Assembly (NCBI GenBank): GCA_965261545.1
Contig: CBDHDF010000010.1
Span: 192,001-256,000, forward strand
DNA length: 64,000 nt
Reading direction: 5' to 3'
Origin: Bdellovibrionales bacterium
GTDB lineage: Bacteria; Bdellovibrionota; Bdellovibrionia; Bdellovibrionales; UBA1609
The notes under the pieces were generated by a model. The model was not told the DNA's origin, did not search any database, and worked only from the letters and a program-made list of their open reading frames with translations. A program made the translations under genes and the position numbers. This document shows, piece after piece, positions 39,043-47,285 of this stretch. The stretch's first letter is position 1; each line of letters begins with the position of its first letter.

Positions 39043-40439
39043 ATCATCGTAGTAAGTTTATAAATCATTTGATAAGTCGTATTGCTGGAAAGCCTATTGT
39101 GATTGTGTTACCATCTATTGCTTGTTTTGTGTTCTTTCTATACAACTCTCTTTTATCATCCAATTATGAAAAAGCAAGGGGAGATGTCAACAAATATGTG
39201 AGTCAATGGGAAATGGACCTCTCTCAAAACATTTCGGAAAAAACAAACCCAGAATTGATAAGAAAGATTTTTAGTGGCTTGAAGGTGTTTCCGCTTTCCC
39301 AGTATGAGTTGAGGGCTCAGGGAAGAGTGCTCCACCAATGGTCTGAAAAAGGCAATAAGAAGGGCAAAGGATTTTCAATCACATGCCCTAACCCTATTGA
39401 GCATAATATAACCATTGATGGCTTGAGAATAGGGAGGGTTCATGCTTGCATATCGGATCAATTAATCACAAAGATGACCCTTCTTTCACCCACACTTGCT
39501 GCTGCCATGTTAGTGGCTATGACCTTGTTGTTTGTGGTTTCATTCATTCCCTTGCTAGGCTACAAAAGGTCTCTTAATTCAACCATTGATACGTTGGAAC
39601 AATGGAGTAGAGAGTCCGACGACTCATTGATCCCAAAAACCAGCGACAAGGCCACCCATAAGGTCATCTCTCTCATCAAAAAGGGCTTAGATATTAAGAA
39701 TAACTTAAAAGAGACTCAATCTGCACTCAATGTGGAAAAAGAAATAGGTCGGATTATTCGTCAAGTAGCACATGATATTAGAAGCCCTGTTTTGGATCTG
39801 AAGACACTCATGTCGGGTGACTTTCCCCAAGATAAAAGAGACAAGATCATAATGTCATCCATTGAGAGAATTTGTGAAATTAGTGAATCTTTAGTGGGAT
39901 CTAGTATAGAGAATAAATACCGAAACGAATACAGATTAGAAATGATAAGCCCCGTCAATGTATCTCAGACCATTGAGAGTATTTTTAGAGATAAGAAGAT
40001 TTTATATACAAATGTGAAGTTTCGTTTACACACATACGGAAATGACGAACTCCACGCTCTTTGTTCTCCCGTTGAATTTAAAAGAGTGATTTCAAATCTT
40101 GTAAGCAATAGTATTGAGTCTATCCCAAAAGGTGTTTTAGGGAAAATCTCTTGCCGTCTCTCCATGGATTTGGAGGAGAACACTTGCAAGGTGGCTATAT
40201 CGGACAATGGGAAAGGTATTCCTTTTGAAAATTTAGAAAAGGTTTTTGATGAGCATTTTACCAGCGGCAAGAGGTCTGGCAATGGTCTTGGGTTGTACTA
40301 TGTCAGAAAAAAGGTTCAAGATTGGAGTGGAGCCATTGAGATTCACTCCAGTGTGGTGCGAGGAACCACGGTTGAAATGGTCTTACGAGTCCCCAAGAAA
40401 GCAACCACCCTCAAGTTGCTAGGAGCCAATGGGGTATAA
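39027..40439 (+). CDS. Sensor histidine kinase
   Basis: Two TMs, H-box QVAHDIRSP, NLVSNSIES, ISDNGKGI, FTSGK..GNGLGL. Confidence 0.93.
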   Translation: MEELMNHRSKFINHLISRIAGKPIVIVLPSIACFVFFLYNSLLSSNYEKARGDVNKYVSQWEMDLSQNISEKTNPELIRKIFSGLKVFPLSQYELRAQGRVLHQWSEKGNKKGKGFSITCPNPIEHNITIDGLRIGRVHACISDQLITKMTLLSPTLAAAMLVAMTLLFVVSFIPLLGYKRSLNSTIDTLEQWSRESDDSLIPKTSDKATHKVISLIKKGLDIKNNLKETQSALNVEKEIGRIIRQVAHDIRSPVLDLKTLMSGDFPQDKRDKIIMSSIERICEISESLVGSSIENKYRNEYRLEMISPVNVSQTIESIFRDKKILYTNVKFRLHTYGNDELHALCSPVEFKRVISNLVSNSIESIPKGVLGKISCRLSMDLEENTCKVAISDNGKGIPFENLEKVFDEHFTSGKRSGNGLGLYYVRKKVQDWSGAIEIHSSVVRGTTVEMVLRVPKKATTLKLLGANGV

Positions 40440-40464
40440 GGGGTGTAAATAATCACTACGCTCA

Positions 40465-41217
40465 ATGATTGCCATGTTTACCATGTTGGAGGCCAAAGTG
40501 TCTATAAAATTGAATGTAAGACTGAATGAAAGGCTCAAGGTATGTCCCCCTAAAACCCTTTTGAGTAAGATGGGGGTAGGGGTATGTAAAAGGCCCAGCC
40601 TCTTTGTGAACAAAAGGTTCATTGTTATGGTGGCAAAAGGTGTCATGGTTTTTTTATCTTTCATGACCATGGGTTGTGCGACAAACTTAAAGTATCAGCA
40701 GATGACAAATTCACAGTATCGTTGGGCGACAATGGGTATCGCAGCCCCTATCGGTGCTGGCGTTGGAGCTTTATCTGCACCTGACAGAGAAAAAAAGGCA
40801 TATCATGCCTTGGCGTGGGCCAGTGCCTTTGTCGCCGCATCAGCTATCTTTGGAAACTACCACTACAGCGATGATAAGGAAATAGAAAAGCTCAGAAAGC
40901 AAGTCAAAGATTATGAGAATAGTTTGCGCCCCCACCTCCTCAATGAGGGCTCTGGCTATCTCAAGCATCCTTCTCTAGACAAAACAAAACCTGTGAAATG
41001 GAAAGTGTATAAGATCGACAAGTGGGTGCAGGAAAATGAAGCCACAAAATATCATCAAGACTTAATGCTCAAGTTGGAACCAATGGCCAAAGGCAAGGGG
41101 AAGAATCAGGATAAGAGTAAAGAAAATCTCAAGGAGCAAGAGGAGAAGAGGGGGGAAGAGCAGGAAAAACTGCAAGATAACAAAGGCTCCCAGAGAGCAA
41201 AGGAGAGGCCCAGGTGA
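40465..41217 (+). CDS. Putative lipoprotein with a glycine-zipper-like segment
   Basis: Lipobox-like TMGC and GIAAPIGAGVGA. The true start is probably downstream, near 40628. Confidence 0.55.
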   Translation: MIAMFTMLEAKVSIKLNVRLNERLKVCPPKTLLSKMGVGVCKRPSLFVNKRFIVMVAKGVMVFLSFMTMGCATNLKYQQMTNSQYRWATMGIAAPIGAGVGALSAPDREKKAYHALAWASAFVAASAIFGNYHYSDDKEIEKLRKQVKDYENSLRPHLLNEGSGYLKHPSLDKTKPVKWKVYKIDKWVQENEATKYHQDLMLKLEPMAKGKGKNQDKSKENLKEQEEKRGEEQEKLQDNKGSQRAKERPR

Positions 41218-42356
41218 TTAAAAATATTCTCTCTAAATCAGCCCTTATGATCTTATTGTTATGGTCTTCTCTCACCACCTACTTTTGGTTGGGTGGCATC
41301 AGTATTTCTGACATCAGAAGCCACCTCACCCTCTCTCCTAGAAAGAATCAGCCCATAAATATTGAACGTGACTACTTATTCATCACAAAATTTCTTAATG
41401 AGTACTATACCATAAATACAATGGGCTCTCCTAGAAATAAGGAGCAAAAGATGGAGTCTGTCAAAAAAATGGTTTCAAAGGGCAAGCAGGAGCGGATTAT
41501 AAAGAAATATAGGAGAACTCTTGATTATTTCTTCTCTCAGAAAGGAGCCCAAAAATTCTCAATTCAAAAGATTGTGAGAGATCAGGAAAAAGGTATGTAT
41601 AGAGCCTATTTATCTGTGTATCAGAGCTTTCAGAACAAGAAACAATATCTTGTCAAGGTAGATTTAAAGGTACACTCTCTTCGTAAAGTGAATGTCCTCA
41701 ATAAAGACTCTAGCCATTTCTTACAGAATACTCAGATTATGCACTTTGATGAGGTCATATTGGATATACCTCCCACTGAGCTATCAAATAAAGAGGTTTA
41801 TCTCCACCCCAAAACCACTTCTCAGGTCAGGCTTCCATGTCCTGTCAAGGCGATGTTTCGCCCCTCCCTGCCTAGTCCCTCGAAGGTTTCGTCATCACCT
41901 GCATCACCCTCTAGCTCTTCACAGGACTCTAGTTCTTCGACTTCTTCACAGGGGGCTCCCTCTTCTTCAGCCTCCTCTCATGTTACAAAAAATGTGTCCT
42001 CCATACCTGTAGGTGATGGCATAGATATACAATTAAGTTCAGATTTACGACATATCAAATTCTATTCAGAAAATAGTGATGTTATGGCTGAGGTCGGTCG
42101 CACTCATTTTGAAGTCAAATGTAAAAAGAGGGCCTTTAAACTCAACCTCATGCATAACAAGAATCTATTGACTGTTTATCAGTCTCTTTCACTCTCAGAC
42201 GGCATAGTAAAAGCAAGAAAGAGAAAGAAGCCCACAGCCAGTGATCGCTTTGAGAAAAATGTAGAAAAGCAACTAGGACTTGTAATAACTGATTGGAAGT
42301 GGAGCCATGGGAGTAGGAAGGCAAAGGGTGAAAAGAAGGAGAGGGGGCCTAAATGA
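41214..42356 (+). CDS. Membrane-anchored hypothetical protein, possibly a VirB8/TraK-like T4SS accessory
   Basis: N-terminal TM, FITKFLNEYYT helix, Ser-rich linker; overlaps the upstream gene by GTGA. Confidence 0.45.
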   Translation: MIKNILSKSALMILLLWSSLTTYFWLGGISISDIRSHLTLSPRKNQPINIERDYLFITKFLNEYYTINTMGSPRNKEQKMESVKKMVSKGKQERIIKKYRRTLDYFFSQKGAQKFSIQKIVRDQEKGMYRAYLSVYQSFQNKKQYLVKVDLKVHSLRKVNVLNKDSSHFLQNTQIMHFDEVILDIPPTELSNKEVYLHPKTTSQVRLPCPVKAMFRPSLPSPSKVSSSPASPSSSSQDSSSSTSSQGAPSSSASSHVTKNVSSIPVGDGIDIQLSSDLRHIKFYSENSDVMAEVGRTHFEVKCKKRAFKLNLMHNKNLLTVYQSLSLSDGIVKARKRKKPTASDRFEKNVEKQLGLVITDWKWSHGSRKAKGEKKERGPK

Positions 42357-42430
42357 CAATTGGGTGCCTCCAAAGCTCGACAGATTTTGAAGAATGTTGT
42401 GAAATTTATGTTTTTCTTTCCACCTTTTAG

Positions 42431-42492
42431 CTGACAATTAAAATGCCCACCGTCGCCAATGAAAAGTGGCCACTTTTCATTGACGCCTAACA
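42431..42492. repeat. IS21-like end remnant, copy 1
   Basis: TGACAATTAAAATGCCCACCGTCGCCAATGAAAAGTGGCCACTTTTCATTGACGCCTAACA: palindromic core, ends in CA, core shared with copies near 55.7 and 58.4 kb. Confidence 0.6.
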
Positions 42493-42513
42493 TCTATCAT
42501 TATAATAGCCAAT

Positions 42514-43548
42514 TTATTCTTGATTAACAACACTTTGACATTTAGAGTCCCTTTTAGGGCAGCGACCTCCTGAATGTAAACAAGACTTCACACTTTGATA
42601 GGCCGTAAAGTTCTTTGTTCTATGATAGCTAGAGCTTGAATCTTTTGAATGACATATCCCTGATCTGCTTTTTTTAACATTTGGTTCATCTGTTGGATTG
42701 ACAGTTGGTCGGTTTGCTGGGGTTCTTTGAGAAGAAACTTTCTTTTTTTCCGAAGAAGCCTGTTTGCACTTGGAATCTCTTTTTGGGCATCGTCCACCTG
42801 CACTCAAACAGGATTGAATGTTCGGGAAAGGTTGGTAATTCTTGGTCTTGGAGTAGTAAGGACTGGATTTCCTCATGTGGCAGATATTTGACCTGCTCTT
42901 TTTAACCACAGGACTCTCATTTATAGCGTCTACTGACGCAGCAATTTTTTGTGATACATCTTGTGAACTATCTTGAGTGTTGAAAAAGACCATTTGAAAG
43001 GATGGACACTTGGAAATAATTTTTTCTAAAGCCACCAATTCTTCTGAATCAACTGTCAAGTTGTAGTCTTTTTTAACCTCAACAATTTTATTCGCAAACC
43101 AACATTTATTTTTTTCAGGTATCCAACCAGAAGCATCATGGCCTGATTTCTCTCTCTGATTAATGCCTGGTGAAGCTAATGTAAGGTTTTTAATATCCGA
43201 AGCAAATCGTATTTTTGTTTTTTTATTAGCAGCACAAAGACCACTATCATGAGCTTCGGATAATGAAACGATATGCTCTATATCTGTCTCTTTTATTGAT
43301 TTAAAATATTTGCCTAAATAGGGGGAGTAAATTTTATCGCCCAAGGATTCAACAATTTTATTTTCTAAAGAAGGTGAATAGTTGTAGTCCTTTGAGCGAT
43401 TATAAGGAGAGCACCGCCTCTCCTCTGATATTTTAAGGCCACGCCAATTATTGTCTTTAGATAAAGCAGTGGTTGTGAGGGTCAAAAGAAGGATAAAAAA
43501 GAAAACTTTAAAAAAGTTATAAGAATTATACTCAAAAATACGAATCAT
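42514..43548 (-). CDS. Secreted HNH (DUF1524-like) nuclease with two C-terminal Cys-rich repeats
   Basis: Signal peptide, DIEHIVSLSEAHDSG, NLTLA...NQREKS..DASGWIP, and two copies of KKSRS.ICH...CL..GGRCPKRDSKC. Confidence 0.8.
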   Translation of the reverse strand: MIRIFEYNSYNFFKVFFFILLLTLTTTALSKDNNWRGLKISEERRCSPYNRSKDYNYSPSLENKIVESLGDKIYSPYLGKYFKSIKETDIEHIVSLSEAHDSGLCAANKKTKIRFASDIKNLTLASPGINQREKSGHDASGWIPEKNKCWFANKIVEVKKDYNLTVDSEELVALEKIISKCPSFQMVFFNTQDSSQDVSQKIAASVDAINESPVVKKSRSNICHMRKSSPYYSKTKNYQPFPNIQSCLSAGGRCPKRDSKCKQASSEKKKVSSQRTPANRPTVNPTDEPNVKKSRSGICHSKDSSSSYHRTKNFTAYQSVKSCLHSGGRCPKRDSKCQSVVNQE

Positions 43549-44154
43549 TTTCTCTCCAATGTTAGTTTAATGTGTATTTGTCGGCAATTGAATTCATATT
43601 CTAAATACTAAAATATTGCATAATCGTCCTTTTAAATAAATGGGTCAATCTTTGCTAAGAAGTATCAATTCATTAAAATAGCTTAATAAAAATGTATTTT
43701 TCAAAAAAGATGAACCATTGGGTTTTAACAAAATATAATAATTTCTTACTTGTCATTATGTTTGCAAAATTCGATCGTAACTTTATCCACCCCCCACCTT
43801 AAGTACTGTGAGATAGGGCCAGCAGACATAGACTTAGGAATCAAAGCTGGATTCCAAGACTTAATTCTTGGTTCTAGCTTCGCCAGGTTAGATACCATAA
43901 ATTCCTTGCAAAGAAAGAATATTTTCAAAATGAGTCATGATTGGAACATCAATGTAAGTTAAAGAGACCTCTATGTATCATTATAAAAAATTTTATCACT
44001 GAAACACTCAAGATTTTAGTCCAGTAGGACGAAGAGTAGAAGAATATATAAGGTGCTTTCTTAAAAATATCATTCAGTCTTTTTGATAACCTTAAAGTTA
44101 AGAGGCTCGCAGTTGATTTACTTTGTAAGCTGATAAATTCTTGGAGGGTCTTTA

Positions 44155-47106
44155 GTGAGACTTCTATTCATATTTACGTTTCCAATTTATATCTTTCTTT
44201 TTTTCATAGAAATAGAAGTATCTGTAGCCAAGAACCAAGAACCAAGATATAAAAATATTTATAAAATTACTCCTGAGCAAGATTATATAGAAAATTACTT
44301 AAAATCTAATATTCTCATTAGGAACAAAGAAAATACGGGCAGTGGATTTTTTATATCTAAAAGCCTCATAGCTACAAATTACCATGTTGTTAAGGGTTCA
44401 GAAAAAAATATAATTATGTTTGAAAAACAAGATGGAAAGAAGGGGATTGCCCACATTGTTTTCTTTGATGAGAAAAATGATTTAGCTATACTTAAATCTT
44501 GGTCTAACGATGGTGTTCCTCTCAAACTAGGAAACTCATCAACAATAAAATTAACAGATGAAGTTTTAATCATTGGTTCCCCACAAGGACTTCAAGGAAC
44601 TGTGTCTACAGGAATCATCTCTGCAAAAAGAAAAAAAATTCTCGGATTTGATGAGCTTATTCAAACATCAGCTCCCATATCTTTGGGAAGCAGTGGATCC
44701 CCTGTTATATCAAAAAGAACAAAGAAAGTTATAGGGATTGCAACAATAATTCACAAAGAAGGTCAGAATTTAAATTTCTTTTTGCCTATAACTAAATTAA
44801 AAATACTCATCAAGAAAAACATAAATAAAATAAATAAGATGAAAAAAAGCATTATTAGCAAACTATTTAAGAATTCAAAAAATGGATCTAAGTCAGATCA
44901 ATTCTTGCTAGGAACTATGTATTTTTATGGAATACATTTTGACAAAAATTATAGGAAAAGTAAATACTGGTTCTTAAAAAGTGGCTTTAAGTCTTCTTAC
45001 CCATATTTAGGCGCAATATATTATCAGAGGGGACACAGAACTAAAATCAATTATGATAAAGCAAAGAAATATCTATTGAATAGCACTGAAAATCCAGACT
45101 CTTTGAGTATACTAGGCATGATGCATCTTGAAGGCAAGGGATTCTTGTCAAATCAATCAAAAGCATTAGAATACTTCCTAAAATCTTCAAGAAAAGGTCA
45201 TTTGATATCTCAAAAGATTGCAGGCTATATATGCTATAATCAAAAGAATTTCATAGAAGCATCTTTTTGGTTACTAATATCTTCTCTAAGAGACCCAAAC
45301 GATGACAAAATAAAAAATCATCTTGAAAAATCCATGATGAAACTAAGTTCCAATCAAATGTCATCTTTAAGAAGAAGAATAAATTTACTGATTAAAGGAA
45401 AGAATCCTATTGAGACGACTGATAAACCACAGAGATTGATATCCCAAGATACCTCTATAGATGAAGTAAAGATGATGAAGCTTTATGAAAAAGATTGCAA
45501 GGGGGGAGATATGGGAGGCTGTTCTAACCTTGGAGCTCTTGAAGAAAAAAAAGGAAATATGGCAAATGCTGCTGAATTGTATCAAAAAGCCTGCCTAGGG
45601 GGAGAGATGATAGGCTGTTCTAACCTTGGAGCTCTTGAAGAGAAAAAAGGAAATATGTCCAAGGCTGCTGAATTGTATCAAAAAGCCTGCCTGGGGGGAA
45701 ATATGAGTGGCTGTAATAACCTTGGGGGTCTTGAATATAAAAAAGGAAATGTGTCCAAGGCTGCTGAATTGTATCAAAAAGCCTGCCTAGGGGGACAAAT
45801 GAGAGGCTGTTCTAACCTTGGGCTTCTTGAAGATAAAAAAGGAAATATGGCAAATGCTGCTGAATGGTTTCAAAAAGCCTGCCTAGGGGGAAACATGATA
45901 GGCTGTTTTAACCTTGGGATTCTTGAAAAGAAAAAAGGAAATATGCCCAAGGCTGCTGAATGGTATCAAAAAGCCTGCAAGGGGGGAGATATGATAGGCT
46001 GTTCTAACCTTGGGCTTCTTGAATATAAAAAAGGAAATATGTCCAAGGCTGCTGAATGGTATCAAAAAGCCTGCCAGGGAGGATACATGGGAAGCTGTCA
46101 TAGCCTTGGGGTTCTTGAAGAGGACAGAGGAAATATGTTCAAGGCTGCTGAATGGTATCAAAAAGCCTGCAAGGGGGGATACATGGGGGGCTGTTCTAAC
46201 CTTGGGTTTCTTGAAAAGAAAAAAGGAAATATGCCCAAGGCTGCTGAATTGTATCAAAAAGCCTGCCTAGGAGGAGAGATGATGGGCTGTAATAACCTTG
46301 GATTTCTTGAAGAGAAAAAAGGGAATATGGCAAATGCTGCTGAATTGTATCAAAAAGCCTGCCTAGGGGGAGAAATGAGAGGCTGTTCTAACCTTGGGCT
46401 TCTTGAAAAGAAAAAAGGAAATATGTCCAAGGCTGCTGAATTGTATCAAAAAGCCTGCCTAGGGGGAAATATGAAAGGCTGTGTTAACCTTGGGCTTTTT
46501 GAAGAGAAAAAAAGAAATATGTCCAAGGCTGCTGAATTGTATCAAAAAGCCTGCCTAGGGGGATACATGGGGGGTTGCTCTAACCTTGGACTTCTTGAAT
46601 ATAAAAAAGGAAATATGTCCAAGGCTGCTGAATTGTATCAAAAAGCCTGCCTAGGGGGAGACATGATAGGCTGTGTTAACCTTGGGGGTCTTGAATATGA
46701 AAAAGGAAATATGGCAAATGCTGCTGAATTGTATCAAAAAGCCTGCCAGGGGGGAGAAATGATGGGCTGTTTTAACCTTGGGGTTCTTGAAGGTAAAAAA
46801 GGAAATATGTCCAAGGCTGCTGAATTGTATCAAAAAGCCTGCCTAGGGGGAGAAATGAGAGGCTGTAATAACCTTGGGGTTCTTGAAGAGAAAAAAGGAA
46901 ATATGTCCAAGGCTGCTGAATGGTATCAAAAAGCCTGCCTAGGGGGAAATATGAAAGGCTGTCATAACCTTGGGGTTCTTGAATATAAAAAAGGAAATGT
47001 GTCCAAGGCTGCTGAATTGTATCAAAAAGCCTGCCAAGGAGGAGTTCAACTGGGCTGTTCTTCGCTTAAAAAACTTAGACATCGTATGCCTGCTTCGAAT
47101 CAATAG
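44155..47106 (+). CDS. Secreted trypsin-like serine protease with Sel1-like and Cys-rich 32-aa repeats
   Basis: Triad motifs ATNYHVV, NDLAIL and GSSGSP; a canonical Sel1-like region; then a tandem repeat array. Confidence 0.9.
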   Translation: MRLLFIFTFPIYIFLFFIEIEVSVAKNQEPRYKNIYKITPEQDYIENYLKSNILIRNKENTGSGFFISKSLIATNYHVVKGSEKNIIMFEKQDGKKGIAHIVFFDEKNDLAILKSWSNDGVPLKLGNSSTIKLTDEVLIIGSPQGLQGTVSTGIISAKRKKILGFDELIQTSAPISLGSSGSPVISKRTKKVIGIATIIHKEGQNLNFFLPITKLKILIKKNINKINKMKKSIISKLFKNSKNGSKSDQFLLGTMYFYGIHFDKNYRKSKYWFLKSGFKSSYPYLGAIYYQRGHRTKINYDKAKKYLLNSTENPDSLSILGMMHLEGKGFLSNQSKALEYFLKSSRKGHLISQKIAGYICYNQKNFIEASFWLLISSLRDPNDDKIKNHLEKSMMKLSSNQMSSLRRRINLLIKGKNPIETTDKPQRLISQDTSIDEVKMMKLYEKDCKGGDMGGCSNLGALEEKKGNMANAAELYQKACLGGEMIGCSNLGALEEKKGNMSKAAELYQKACLGGNMSGCNNLGGLEYKKGNVSKAAELYQKACLGGQMRGCSNLGLLEDKKGNMANAAEWFQKACLGGNMIGCFNLGILEKKKGNMPKAAEWYQKACKGGDMIGCSNLGLLEYKKGNMSKAAEWYQKACQGGYMGSCHSLGVLEEDRGNMFKAAEWYQKACKGGYMGGCSNLGFLEKKKGNMPKAAELYQKACLGGEMMGCNNLGFLEEKKGNMANAAELYQKACLGGEMRGCSNLGLLEKKKGNMSKAAELYQKACLGGNMKGCVNLGLFEEKKRNMSKAAELYQKACLGGYMGGCSNLGLLEYKKGNMSKAAELYQKACLGGDMIGCVNLGGLEYEKGNMANAAELYQKACQGGEMMGCFNLGVLEGKKGNMSKAAELYQKACLGGEMRGCNNLGVLEEKKGNMSKAAEWYQKACLGGNMKGCHNLGVLEYKKGNVSKAAELYQKACQGGVQLGCSSLKKLRHRMPASNQ
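45478..47060 (+). repeat. 96-bp tandem repeat, about 16.5 copies, coding
   Basis: The unit core GCTGCTGAAT(T/G)GTATCAAAAAGCCTGC...AACCTTGG...AAAAAAGGAAATATG recurs every 96 nt. Confidence 0.97.
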
Positions 47107-47285
47107 CCAAAATGTCACTTTGTTATGTTCAAAACTTCTGCTGCGAGGGGGCTGCTATGGCGATGGAAGCAAAGACGACATAACTTTTGCTACTGTTACT
47201 ACAATGATTGTTTAACTGTTCAAGTTTCTATGCCCCATGAAGTTGTACCATTGCACATGCTGCACAATTCTCAAATCACCACTGA

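Larger units (their letters stand above)
12837..42356. mobile_element. Integrative conjugative element backbone (integrase, excisionase, relaxase, T4SS, regulatory operon); att ends not defined
   Basis: Co-oriented int/xis/mob/tra genes followed by a divergent regulatory operon. No plasmid replication or partition genes were seen. Confidence 0.8.

Noticed and set aside
45478..47060. Regularly spaced repeats as a possible CRISPR array
   Set aside because: The period is exactly 96 bp, in-frame within a protein, with no unique spacers and no cas genes.
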